Positions 38,783 through 48,413 of a DNA stretch of 64,000 bases are shown one piece after another. Below the pieces are notes generated by a model. That model worked only from the letters and a program-made list of their open reading frames with translations, did no database searches and had not been told where the DNA came from. The stretch's first letter is position 1, and every line of letters begins with the position of its first letter. Source of the DNA: Candidatus Latescibacterota bacterium (GTDB lineage Bacteria > Latescibacterota > UBA2968 > UBA8231); NCBI GenBank assembly GCA_965206595.1, contig OZ242214.1, positions 4,896,001-4,960,000 of the forward strand, read 5' to 3'. The position numbers and the translations under genes are program-made.

Positions 38783-39724
38783 TCAGGCAAACAGGGCCCC
38801 GACGCTTTCGCCGGTGTGGATACGCCGGATCGCTTCGGCCATCAGCGGCGCCACCGACAGAACCGTCATCTGGTCGAGCCGCTTTTCGGGGGGCACCGCC
38901 ACGGTATTGGTGACGGTCACCGCCTCGACCGGCGAGGCGCGCAGGTTGTCGATGGCGTTGCCGACCAGCACGCCGTGGGTGGCGCCGGCGAAGACCCGCC
39001 GGGCCCCGGCTTTTTTCAGAGTGCGCGCCGTCTCGATGAAGGTGCCGCCCGTGGCGATCTCGTCCTCGAAGACAACGGCGTCCCTGCCCTCCACCTCGCC
39101 CACCACGTTGCCCTGGCTCACGCGGGTGTCGCTGACCCGGCGCTTGTCGATGATCGCCAGCGGCAGACCCAGCCGGGAAGCGAACTTGCCGGCCCGCCGG
39201 GCGCCGCCGGCGTCGGTCGCTACCACCACGGCATTCGCCAGATCGCAGGTTTTTCCGATGTGGTCGGCTACGATCGGTATCGCCGTCAGATGATCGACGG
39301 GAATGCCGAAAAAACCGTGCACCTGCTCGGCGTGCAGATCCATGGTCAGCACCCGGTCAGCACCGGCAGTTTCCAACAGATCGGCCATCAGCCGCCCGGC
39401 GATGGAGATGCGCGGCGCGTCCTTCTTGTCCGAACGCGCGTACGAGTAGTAGGGGATCACCGCGGTGATGCGGCGCGCCGAGGCGCTGCGCAGGGCGTCG
39501 AGGGTAATCAGCAATTCGACGATGTGGTCGCTCGCCGGCTCGGTGAAGGCCTGCACGATGAAGGCATCCCGTTCGCGCACGTTCTCGTCGATCTGCACCG
39601 AGAGGTTGTCGTTCGAGAAGCGGGAAACCGTCAGACTGCTGCGGCGAATCCCGAGGCAGCGGCAGATTTCATCGGCCAGGCCGGGATTGGAACGACCTGC
39701 GAAGATTCGCAGCTCATCGTTCAT
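38783..39724 (-). CDS. prs: Ribose-phosphate pyrophosphokinase
   Basis: IPYYSYARSDKK, TMDLHAEQVHGFF and DEIATGGT. Confidence 0.95.
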   Translation of the reverse strand: MNDELRIFAGRSNPGLADEICRCLGIRRSSLTVSRFSNDNLSVQIDENVRERDAFIVQAFTEPASDHIVELLITLDALRSASARRITAVIPYYSYARSDKKDAPRISIAGRLMADLLETAGADRVLTMDLHAEQVHGFFGIPVDHLTAIPIVADHIGKTCDLANAVVVATDAGGARRAGKFASRLGLPLAIIDKRRVSDTRVSQGNVVGEVEGRDAVVFEDEIATGGTFIETARTLKKAGARRVFAGATHGVLVGNAIDNLRASPVEAVTVTNTVAVPPEKRLDQMTVLSVAPLMAEAIRRIHTGESVGALFA

Positions 39725-39862
39725 GCCATCCATGCTTCTTCGATTCCGCACGTTCCGGAGACTTTCGCCAGCCTGTCGATTTCCTTATTTCAACCGCCGC
39801 CGTTTCAAGTATAGAGCTTCGCACTCCCAGTGTCCTGTTCAGAAAAAGAGGGATGGGTGTCC

Positions 39863-40864
39863 ATGGGAAACGTCCCACCCGAAAGCGGTATCCGCGTGCC
39901 CGCAGGCGACCTGCGCAGCCTCGTGCGAACCCTGTTCGAGCGCGTCGGCATGAGCACCGCGCACGCAACCACCATGGCAGAGCTGCTGGTGAAAACCGAC
40001 CTGCGCGGCGTCGTCAGCCACGGCACCTTCCAGACCGCCGGGTACTGCCGCATGATCCTCGACGGCCGGATCAACCCGGCTCCCGACATCAAGGTGGTCC
40101 GGGAGTCGACGACCACCCAGACCCTCGACGGCGACGGCGGCATGGGCCACCTCCCCTGCAGGCAGGGGGCGGAGTGGGCGGCCGAACGCGCCCTCGAGCA
40201 CGGCGCCGCCGCGGTCACCACGCGCAACCACTTCCACTTCGGAGGAGCCGGCAAGTACTCGCGCATGGCCGCAACCCGCGACTGCATCGGGATCGCCGTA
40301 TCCTCCCACCGCTACCATCCCCGGCCCGGCAGTATTCTCGGGATCAAGGGTTCTTCCCCGATCAGCATCGCCCTGCCCGCAGGCGAGCAGCCGCCGATGG
40401 TGCTCGACATGGGCTCCTCCTTCCTTCCTTACGACGACGAGCTCTACGAGCGCGCGCCCTTCGCCTTCTTCAAGGAGATGGGGATCGCCGCCTCCGCGTA
40501 CGGCCTCGGGGGGGTGCTGGCCGGGATCTACAAGCCGGAGCTCATGCCCCCCGCTTCCAGGTGGGAATCGAACCAGGGCTCCTTCATCGCCGCCTTTTCT
40601 GTCGAGAGCTTCATGGACCCGGACGAATACAAGGCGGAGATGGACCGCTGGATCGGTGAGGCGCGCGCCCTCGATCCGCTCCCCGGGTACGACAGCGCCG
40701 AGCTGCCGGGAGGGCTTGAGTGGCGGCGGGAACGGGAGTACGCGGAGGAGGGCATCCCGGTCGGCGACGAGACCCGCCGCAGCCTCGAGGAGATCGCCGC
40801 GGAGCTCGCCGTCGAGACGCCGTTCTCCCGCTACCTGCACACCCGCTTCGGAGGCCAGGCATGA
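39863..40864 (+). CDS. Ldh_2-family (malate/L-lactate/sulfolactate) oxidoreductase
   Basis: TDLRGVVSHG, DGDGGMGH, HFGGAGKY and LPGGLE. Confidence 0.88.
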   Translation: MGNVPPESGIRVPAGDLRSLVRTLFERVGMSTAHATTMAELLVKTDLRGVVSHGTFQTAGYCRMILDGRINPAPDIKVVRESTTTQTLDGDGGMGHLPCRQGAEWAAERALEHGAAAVTTRNHFHFGGAGKYSRMAATRDCIGIAVSSHRYHPRPGSILGIKGSSPISIALPAGEQPPMVLDMGSSFLPYDDELYERAPFAFFKEMGIAASAYGLGGVLAGIYKPELMPPASRWESNQGSFIAAFSVESFMDPDEYKAEMDRWIGEARALDPLPGYDSAELPGGLEWRREREYAEEGIPVGDETRRSLEEIAAELAVETPFSRYLHTRFGGQA

Positions 40865-41850
40865 GCGGCCGCGTCCTTGGTACCTGCGCCATCGAATTCC
40901 GCGGCCGCGAGCCTGCCCGCCGGCTCGTAGAGGAGGCGGAGCTCGAGTTCGTCCACCGGCAGGGGAGCGCCCCCTGGCCGGACGAGGAGACCCGTGAAAA
41001 ACTGGCCGGGTTCAGCGGTATTCTCGCCGGGGGGGAGTACTTCACCCCCCATACCATGGAGCTTGCGGGCGATCTCAGGGTGATCGCCCGCAACGGAGTC
41101 GGCTACGACCGCGTCGACCTCGACCTCTGCACCGAACAGGGCATCGTGGTCACCAACACCCCGGGAACCATGTCGGACGCGGTGGCCGACCACGCCATGG
41201 CCCTGCTGCTGGCCGCGGTGCGCCACATCGTCCCCGGGGACCGGGCGGTGAAGTCGGGCGGCTACCAGGTCGCCATCTCCGAGGACCTGTGCGCGATGAC
41301 CCTCGGGCTGATCGGCTGCGGCCACATCGGCGCCCAAGTGGTCCGGCGCGCCCTCGGCTTCGGAATGCGCGTCCTCGTCGACGACCCATTCCTCGAGCCG
41401 GGGCGGCTGCAGGAGCTCGGCGCCCAACCCGCGAGCCGCGAGCAGCTGCTGGCCGAGTCGGACGTCGTCAGCCTGCACCTGCCGATGTCGGAGGAGAATG
41501 CCGGGCTCGTCGACGCCGGTTTCCTCGCCGCAATGAAGCAGGGGAGCTATCTCATCAACACCGCAAGGGGGGGGCTGGTGGACGAGGAGGCCCTGATAGC
41601 CGCGATTGAGGGCGGCCATCTCGCCGGCGCCGGCCTCGACTGCCAGGCGACGGAGCCGCCGCGGGGGACGTCGTTGCGGCTCGTGCAGATGGCCAACGTC
41701 GTCGCCATGCCGCACTCCGCCTCCAGCACGGTCACGGCGCGGGAGCGGATGTCGATCGCCGCCGCCCAATCGATCGTCGACTGCCTGCAGGGACGGGTCC
41801 CCAGGTTCGTCGTCAACCGGGAGGTGCTGGAAAAGCTCGACCTCCGGTAG
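40861..41850 (+). CDS. D-isomer-specific 2-hydroxyacid dehydrogenase (SerA-like)
   Basis: ARNGVGYDRVD, GCGHIG, INTARGGLVDE and MPHSAS. Confidence 0.9.
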   Translation: MSGRVLGTCAIEFRGREPARRLVEEAELEFVHRQGSAPWPDEETREKLAGFSGILAGGEYFTPHTMELAGDLRVIARNGVGYDRVDLDLCTEQGIVVTNTPGTMSDAVADHAMALLLAAVRHIVPGDRAVKSGGYQVAISEDLCAMTLGLIGCGHIGAQVVRRALGFGMRVLVDDPFLEPGRLQELGAQPASREQLLAESDVVSLHLPMSEENAGLVDAGFLAAMKQGSYLINTARGGLVDEEALIAAIEGGHLAGAGLDCQATEPPRGTSLRLVQMANVVAMPHSASSTVTARERMSIAAAQSIVDCLQGRVPRFVVNREVLEKLDLR

Positions 41851-41983
41851 GGTCCGGCCAGCGTTCCCGAGGGGACAGCGGGATGGCTGCGGCAGGAGCC
41901 GCCTTGGCGGCAGCCGGTGAGGAAGAAGGTTTTCAGCGGCCCCCGGGAAGGTGCTGCGGCCCCGGGGACGGAAGAGTTGGCGG

Positions 41984-42760
41984 CTAGGACCGCAGGCGGG
42001 TTCCCGAATTGCCCGGCATGAAGAACTCGTACTTGCCGCGGTCGCCGTACCCCTCGATCTCGGCAGGGGCGATGCCCGGGCTCTCCATGGCCGCGCGCAC
42101 GATCCGCTTGTTGAAGGGATGCACATTGCCGTCTCCGAGGTACTCCGCCACCGGCATCCACAGACTCTCGGCGATCTCCTCTTCCTGAATCGAGATCTCC
42201 TCCGAGACCGGGTGCAGCCGGCAAACGAAATAGATGTCCGACTTGCCGTAACGGTAGCCGTGCCAGTGGCGGAAGCAGACCAGGGACTCGAACTCCGTCT
42301 GCACCCCCGTTTCCTCCTGCACCTCCCGCATCACCCCCTCGACGAGATGCTCCCCCTCCTTCAGCGCCCCGCCGGGCAGCTTGTAGCGCGGCGGATTGCT
42401 CCCGGCGCGGTGATACTTCTCGCTGACCACCAGCAGCTCCCGGCGGCTGTTCAAGGTCACCCCGCCGGCCCCGATGTAGTGGGAGGCGTAGGAGGGAATG
42501 AAGGCTCCGGGATCGAGTCGATGCGTCAGCATCAGGTAGTCTTCGCCGCTGTGGTGGAACGCGAACCCCGCTTCGACGGCCACCGGAATCAGCGCCGACA
42601 GGGCAATCGGAATCTCCAGCCATACGACGCGGTAGTCGGAACGCCAGGAATCGAGCGACTCGCGGAGGTCGCTTGCGAAGCTGCGCGGGTCGGCCTGCAG
42701 ACCGCCGGGATCGACGATGACCCCGCCGAAAGGGTTTTCGCTGCTTTCCAGTACGGGCAT
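41984..42760 (-). CDS. NUDIX hydrolase (Nudt6-like)
   Basis: KLPGG.....E.....MREVQEETG Nudix box and FRHWHGYRYGKSDIYFVC. Confidence 0.9.
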   Translation of the reverse strand: MPVLESSENPFGGVIVDPGGLQADPRSFASDLRESLDSWRSDYRVVWLEIPIALSALIPVAVEAGFAFHHSGEDYLMLTHRLDPGAFIPSYASHYIGAGGVTLNSRRELLVVSEKYHRAGSNPPRYKLPGGALKEGEHLVEGVMREVQEETGVQTEFESLVCFRHWHGYRYGKSDIYFVCRLHPVSEEISIQEEEIAESLWMPVAEYLGDGNVHPFNKRIVRAAMESPGIAPAEIEGYGDRGKYEFFMPGNSGTRLRS

Positions 42761-43229
42761 TGCGATGAGAAGGTTGGCTGAGGGTAAGGTTGGCGCGCTC
42801 TATTCTATGGGGCACGAACACCGCCCCCGCTTTTACGGACGGCCCCCGGCGCCTGTGAATCGCGCTTCGGTGCCCGGGGGAAGGCCGGGCTCGCCTCCGG
42901 TCCGGGCGGCGCGTAGACGTAGCTAGAGGCATCCGGCCCTGTCAACAGGCTCCCAGAGGCTCGGCGCTACCGCTGATTTCGACAGGGGTGGCGGGCTGCC
43001 GCTGGCTTTGCCGGGCCTTTGGAGAGCCGTAGCTTCGCCCGCATGGAACGCGTCCCCCTGCGATCAGTGGGTGCGCAGGCTCGAAGGGAGGTCCCTGATC
43101 TCCCGCTGCTGACCGGGCTTTGGCCTGCTGATGCTCTGGTCCGCCGCGGCCTGATTATTCTTCGAGCTGATCAACCTCCGGCTCGAACCGGTACTGGCAG
43201 GCGATTTTCCGCCATTCCCGGAGGCCAAC

Positions 43230-44153
43230 ATGGAAAGGATTTGTCACATGCGAACCCCCATTTTCTTGATTCCGGTTTCCTTTGTAATGACATCGGTCTC
43301 TACGGAAGCACAGATCCAGGACCGGGTGTATCCAATCCCGGAGCTTACCGACGAGATGCGGGCAAAAATCGACGTGACCGATGGTTCGATTGAGGACTGG
43401 GTTGAAATCCTCGGCGAGCCCTCCTTGACGCCGTTGGATTTTCAAACCGCCCCGTGGGCGTCGGAATACGACCCATCCTCGTTGGATTATCGCATCTGGG
43501 TGGCTTGGCACCATGCCGATGATCAGCTTTTCGTAGGCATGGAGCTGGTCGACGACTTCGTTAACGAGCGATTCTACGACCGCAGCGACAGAGGTGGCCT
43601 GGCCGGCGCCGATCTATCCATAGCGATGGGCGTCGACGGAGACAGGAGCGGCGGAAGCTTGCTGATCGACAATGCAACCGGGCTCACATATCCCATGGAG
43701 CAGGCACAATGGTATGAGGCGTTTCCAGGAACATATGACAACGACAACAACCTTCTTCTGCGTCAGGTGAGTCCCCATACGGATTGGGTGCACAAGCCAC
43801 CCTATGCCGACGGCGGCGGCGCCGTGATCGACAGCGAGCCGAGCTTCGGCGTGGTGGAATTTTTCGTCACCCCGTTCGATCGCCTGATCTGGGATGATCA
43901 GGACCAAAGTATGGTCTCCAATCTTTTCTCCGGGAAAACGATCGGGTTCAGTATCCAGATTGTGGATGTCGACGACGCAAACGAATTCGAGAGCATGCAC
44001 GGCTTGTTCGGAATTGAGGATGGTTGGGAGCAGGGAGGGTTCAACGATTCTGACCTCTGGGCCGGAGGAATCCTGATTGAGGCGGGAGGTACGGAGGATT
44101 CCGCTGTCACCGGCGTTTCATGGGCCCGCATCAAGGCCAGCCTTTCGGAATAG
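43230..44153 (+). CDS. DOMON/CBM9-like family copy 6, intact and dispersed
   Basis: Signal peptide, DGSIEDW, YDPSSLDYRIWVAW, VDGDRSGG, EFFVTPFD and VSWARIKASLSE. Confidence 0.8.
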   Translation: MERICHMRTPIFLIPVSFVMTSVSTEAQIQDRVYPIPELTDEMRAKIDVTDGSIEDWVEILGEPSLTPLDFQTAPWASEYDPSSLDYRIWVAWHHADDQLFVGMELVDDFVNERFYDRSDRGGLAGADLSIAMGVDGDRSGGSLLIDNATGLTYPMEQAQWYEAFPGTYDNDNNLLLRQVSPHTDWVHKPPYADGGGAVIDSEPSFGVVEFFVTPFDRLIWDDQDQSMVSNLFSGKTIGFSIQIVDVDDANEFESMHGLFGIEDGWEQGGFNDSDLWAGGILIEAGGTEDSAVTGVSWARIKASLSE

Positions 44154-44406
44154 CCGCACCGTATCCGGAAAATGCCTCGGAAACTGGTTGAGCTCCGCAC
44201 TTGCGGGGACGGTCAGCCGCCGCTTTTCTTGAACGTCGCGGACACAGCTGCTTTGAAGCACTGTTTCCGGAATTCCCGTCCGGCTACGTAGTCTGTTTCT
44301 TTTCCTGATTGAATCGCACGCCGCCCTTCGCGGGCGGCCGGCGAACAGGCGTTCCCCGGGACAGTTGAGCGCCTGCCATAGAAACACGACACCCTCCGGT
44401 TATCGA

Positions 44407-45213
44407 ATGCCCGCCATCCTCTGCCCCAGGTGCCACAAGCTGATCGGCAGCGCCGCCGACCGCTGTCCCTTTTGCGGCCAGCTGAGACCCGGCATGTGGG
44501 GCTTCACCTCGCGGTTTCGCAAGCTGGGACTTTCCCTCGATTTTCCGAAGTTGATCACGACCGCGTGCGTCATCCTCTACATCGCCGGACTGGCGATGGA
44601 CCCAGGGGCGATCTTCACCACTTTCGACCTGTTCCGCTTTCTGGCCCCGAGCGGAACCGCCACTCTGAGGCTCGGCATGACCGGGGTCGTGCCGGTGATG
44701 GTGCAGGGGCACTGGTGGACGATTGTCACGGCGATCTATCTGCACGGCGGTCTGCTGCACATCCTCTTCAACATGCTGTGGGTGCGGCAGCTCGGACCGA
44801 TGGTCAGCGAGCTGTTCGGGCCGTTCCGGCTGTTCATCATCTTCACTGTTTCGGGCGCCTGCGGTTTCGCCCTCTCGGTGCTGATGGGGAACGCCTACAC
44901 CCTCGGGGCCTCCGGGTCGATCTTCGGGTTGCTCGCCGCCGCCATCGTTTTCGGGCGCCAGCGCGGCAGCCCCATGTTCACCCGCCACTTCCTGCAGTGG
45001 GCGATCATCCTCTTCATCTTCGGCTTCCTCTTCTCCGGCGTCGACAACTGGGCCCACGCAGGCGGGTTCGCCGGCGGCTACGTGACCGCCTACGCCTTGA
45101 GCCGCGACTACGGGGGCCGCGAGGGAATCGGCACCTACCTGCTGGCCGGTGCCCTGCTGGCCCTCACCGCCCTCGCTTTCCTGTTCCAGTTCATCGCCGT
45201 CATATCCGCGTGA
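44407..45213 (+). CDS. Rhomboid-family intramembrane serine protease with an N-terminal Zn-ribbon
   Basis: CPRC..CPFC, HILFNM, GASG and AHAGG. Confidence 0.93.
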   Translation: MPAILCPRCHKLIGSAADRCPFCGQLRPGMWGFTSRFRKLGLSLDFPKLITTACVILYIAGLAMDPGAIFTTFDLFRFLAPSGTATLRLGMTGVVPVMVQGHWWTIVTAIYLHGGLLHILFNMLWVRQLGPMVSELFGPFRLFIIFTVSGACGFALSVLMGNAYTLGASGSIFGLLAAAIVFGRQRGSPMFTRHFLQWAIILFIFGFLFSGVDNWAHAGGFAGGYVTAYALSRDYGGREGIGTYLLAGALLALTALAFLFQFIAVISA

Positions 45214-45866
45214 GCGCGGAACTCCTGGCCTTCTTCGACCGCGACGGCCGCCGGCTCGGTTCCAAGACCCGCGCCGAGGTGCACGGGGACGGGGACTGGC
45301 ACTGGCTGGTGTTCGTCTGGTGCGCCTGGCTGCGCGGGCCCGAGCCGCTGCTGCTGCTTCAGCAACGCGGGCGCCGCGGCGATCCCTTCGTCCGCAGTCT
45401 GGATGCGCCGGCAGGGGGCCACGTCATGGCCTCCGAGTCGCACCGGCAGGCGGGGGTGCGCGAGTTCGAGGAAGAGGCCGGCATCCTTCTCGGGGAGCGG
45501 GATCTGCACTATCTCGGCAGCGCCCGGCTCGAAGGGCAGGAGCGGAACTGCTCCCGCGTTATCCAGCACTCCTACCTGGTGGTCCGCGAAATCGGACTGG
45601 AAGAGGTGTCGTTCAGCGAGGAGAGCGACGGCTTCCTGCACGTGCCGCTGAAACCGCTGCTGCGGCTGCTCGAGGGGAAAACGCAGAGCGTCGAGGCCGC
45701 TGTCCGCTTTGCGGACTGCCCCGGAGAACCTGGGCGCACGGCTGTCACCGCGGAGGCCTTCGCACGTTATCCGGCCGACATCGCCGCGGTAATCGCCAAG
45801 TCGCTGCGGGCCATCGAGCTGTATCTCGCCGAGGGGGGGAAGGTCGATCCGCTGCTCTGGAGGTGA
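45210..45866 (+). CDS. NUDIX-domain protein (IDI-like)
   Basis: EVHGDGDWH, LLQQR and AGGHV...REFEEEAG. GTGA overlap with the rhomboid gene. Confidence 0.8.
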   Translation: MSAELLAFFDRDGRRLGSKTRAEVHGDGDWHWLVFVWCAWLRGPEPLLLLQQRGRRGDPFVRSLDAPAGGHVMASESHRQAGVREFEEEAGILLGERDLHYLGSARLEGQERNCSRVIQHSYLVVREIGLEEVSFSEESDGFLHVPLKPLLRLLEGKTQSVEAAVRFADCPGEPGRTAVTAEAFARYPADIAAVIAKSLRAIELYLAEGGKVDPLLWR

Positions 45867-46104
45867 TGCGGCAGGCCGGGTGGGCGGCCTTCGCTGCGGT
45901 TACAGAGACGCGCTATGGCCGAACGGCATGGAATTCGGAAGAGATATGCACGCCGCATTCGCCCGCATGGGCCCGTGCATCCCGGATGGATTGAAGTTGA
46001 ACAACTCCAGGGAGCCCCCGGCGATGGGACCCGCCAGCGATATTCGCAAGATCGGGGCGTACTCCCGGCTTCGAGCTGAGCAGACCGTCGATGCCGCGCA
46101 GGTT

Positions 46105-46752
46105 CTACGCGAGGACCAGCACCTGGCCGTCCTCGACGCGGACCTCGTAGGACTCGACGGCGCGCCCCGGATGGGAGAGGCATTCGCCGCTGGCGACGTC
46201 GAACTGCCAGCCGTGGCGGCTGCAGGTGACGGTGCAACCGTCCAGGCTGCCGAGCCCGAGGTAGCCGCCCTGGTGCAGGCAGGTGTTGGAGATGGCCAGG
46301 AAACGCCCGCCGGCGTTGAAGACGGCAATCGGCTTGTCTCCCACCTGCACGACCTTGGCGCCGTTCTCCTCGATCTCGTCCGCCCTGACGACCGCGGTCC
46401 ATTCCGCCTCCGCCGCGGGCTCCTCGGCGCTGCCCGGAAGATCGAGGGAGCGCAGCACCTGGATCGCGTCGACGACGTTGACGAGGCCGGCCGCCGGGTA
46501 GGCGCACAGGATGGCGTCGATCACCTCGTCGCGGCTCGCCCCTTCGCGCATGGCGCGCGGGATGTACTGGCGCAGTCCGCGCGGCGAGAAGTTGACGACC
46601 TTGGTGACGATGGAGATCAGGAAGCGCGTCTTCGGATCGAGGTGCCGCCCCGACTCGCGGAAGAACGACAGCAGGTGACCCATCGCCTCGGGGCGCTCCT
46701 GCGACAGCCATTGCAGGCCGCTGATATTCTTTTTCTCTTCGCCGTCGCTCAC
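46105..46752 (-). CDS. Carboxymuconolactone-decarboxylase-like domain plus Rieske [2Fe-2S] domain fusion
   Basis: LDPKTRFLISI...GASRDEVIDAIL (CMD), then CLHQGG...CSRHGWQFD (Rieske). Confidence 0.82.
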   Translation of the reverse strand: MSDGEEKKNISGLQWLSQERPEAMGHLLSFFRESGRHLDPKTRFLISIVTKVVNFSPRGLRQYIPRAMREGASRDEVIDAILCAYPAAGLVNVVDAIQVLRSLDLPGSAEEPAAEAEWTAVVRADEIEENGAKVVQVGDKPIAVFNAGGRFLAISNTCLHQGGYLGLGSLDGCTVTCSRHGWQFDVASGECLSHPGRAVESYEVRVEDGQVLVLA

Positions 46753-46887
46753 GGTGCCGCCTCCCGGAATGAAGTTCGCCTGGAGTATACAGGCCCCCCC
46801 GGGAGAGTCAATTTGGCCGCGCCCGGAACCGCCGCCGGAACCGCATTCGTTGAATGGGAACTGCCGAATACCGATTTTATTCTCTTC

Positions 46888-47631
46888 ATGATCACCGTTG
46901 ACAAAGTCACCAGGAAATACGGGGCCCTGACCGCGGTCGACGACGTCAGCTTCACCGTCGGCCGGGACGAGATCGTCGGCTTCGTCGGTCCCAACGGGGC
47001 CGGCAAAAGCACCGTCCTCAAGATGCTGTCGACCTACATCTACCCGACAGCCGGCACCATCTCGGTCGCCGGCTTCGACGCCGTCGAACAGCCTCTCGAG
47101 GTGCGCCGCGCCATCGGCTACCTCGCCGGCGACACGCCGCTCTACCGCGACATGCGCGTCGACGACTTCCTCCGCTTCGTCGCCAGGGCCCGCGGCCTGC
47201 GGGAGGGTGAGCTCGAGCCGCAATTCGAGCGCACCGTCGAGCTGTGCGGCATCGGCTCGGTGCTGCCGCAGCGCATCTCCCAGTGCTCCACCGGGTTCCG
47301 GCAGCGCCTCGGCCTCGCCTCGGCGATGATCCACGACCCCCCCATCCTCCTGCTCGACGAGCCGACCCACGGCTTCGATCCGCTGCAGGTGATCGCCTTC
47401 CGCGAAATGCTGCGCGCGCTGAAGTCCGGGCGCGCCATACTCTTCAGCACCCACATCGTGCCCGACGTCGAGGCGATCAGCGACCGCGTGCTGATCATCC
47501 ACCAAGGCAGGCTTCTCGGCGACGGCACCATACAGGAGCTCGCCGCCGGGTCCGGCATGGAGGGGGCCGCTCTCGAAGAGATCTTCGCGCACCGGGTGCG
47601 CGCCAGCTCGGGGGACGATGGCGGCCGCTAG
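46888..47631 (+). CDS. ABC transporter ATP-binding protein (GldA-like)
   Basis: GPNGAGKST, LLDEPT and STH. Confidence 0.93.
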   Translation: MITVDKVTRKYGALTAVDDVSFTVGRDEIVGFVGPNGAGKSTVLKMLSTYIYPTAGTISVAGFDAVEQPLEVRRAIGYLAGDTPLYRDMRVDDFLRFVARARGLREGELEPQFERTVELCGIGSVLPQRISQCSTGFRQRLGLASAMIHDPPILLLDEPTHGFDPLQVIAFREMLRALKSGRAILFSTHIVPDVEAISDRVLIIHQGRLLGDGTIQELAAGSGMEGAALEEIFAHRVRASSGDDGGR

Positions 47632-48409
47632 CGAATCCCCGGCCGCAGCCGGTTCCTCCTCCCGCGACCCGGGATTCGCGTCCGGAACCTGGGTGGTCGT
47701 GCAGCGGGAGCTCGCCGCCTGCTTCGACTCGCCCATCGCCTACATCTACGCCACGGTCTTCCTCGTGCTTTCCGGCACCACCTTCATGAACTCCTTCTTC
47801 CTGCGCTCCGTCGCCGACATGTCCCCCTTCTTCGAAACCCTGCCGTTCCTGCTGATTCCGTTCGTCCCGGCAATGACGATGCGCACCTGGTCCGAGGAGC
47901 ACGCCCAGAACACCTTCGAGCTGATCATGACCCTGCCGCTGCGGTCGATCCAGTTCGTCGCCGGCAAGTACGCCGCCGCCCTGCTGTTCTACCTCCTCGT
48001 GCTGGCCGGCACCACGCCGATCGCGGTGATGCTGTTCTGGCTCGGTGACCCGGACTTCGGGCTGATCTTCTCCAGCTACCTCGGGGCCTTCTTCCTCGGG
48101 TCGTTCTTCCTCTCGTTCGGCGTCTTCGTTTCCGGCCTGACACAGAACCAGATCGTCTCCTTCGTGCTCGCCACGCTGCTGGGGTTCCTCTTCGTCCTCA
48201 GCGGCCACGAAAAGGTTGTTGCCGTGCTCGACGGCCTGGCCCCGGGCTGGGAGCTGGGCAGCCGCATCTACCAGTCGGTCTCCGTCATGCCGCACTACGA
48301 GGCCTTCACCCGCGGCGTCGTCGGGCTCGACGGGGTGCTCTATTTCCTGCTGATGGGCGCCTTCTTCCTGTGGATGAACGAGATCACCCTCAAGCGCATC
48401 AAGTACTGA
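47618..48409 (+). CDS. ABC-2 permease (GldF-like)
   Basis: RELAACFDSPIAY, TMRTWSEE...ELIMTLP and SGLTQNQIVSF. Confidence 0.92.
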   Translation: MAAASESPAAAGSSSRDPGFASGTWVVVQRELAACFDSPIAYIYATVFLVLSGTTFMNSFFLRSVADMSPFFETLPFLLIPFVPAMTMRTWSEEHAQNTFELIMTLPLRSIQFVAGKYAAALLFYLLVLAGTTPIAVMLFWLGDPDFGLIFSSYLGAFFLGSFFLSFGVFVSGLTQNQIVSFVLATLLGFLFVLSGHEKVVAVLDGLAPGWELGSRIYQSVSVMPHYEAFTRGVVGLDGVLYFLLMGAFFLWMNEITLKRIKY

Positions 48410-48413
48410 GCCG

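Noticed and set aside
42930-42990. Possible IS end or MITE (CCCTGTC...GACAGGG) before paralog copy 6
   Set aside because: The inverted repeat is only 7 bp, with no target duplication or second copy seen.
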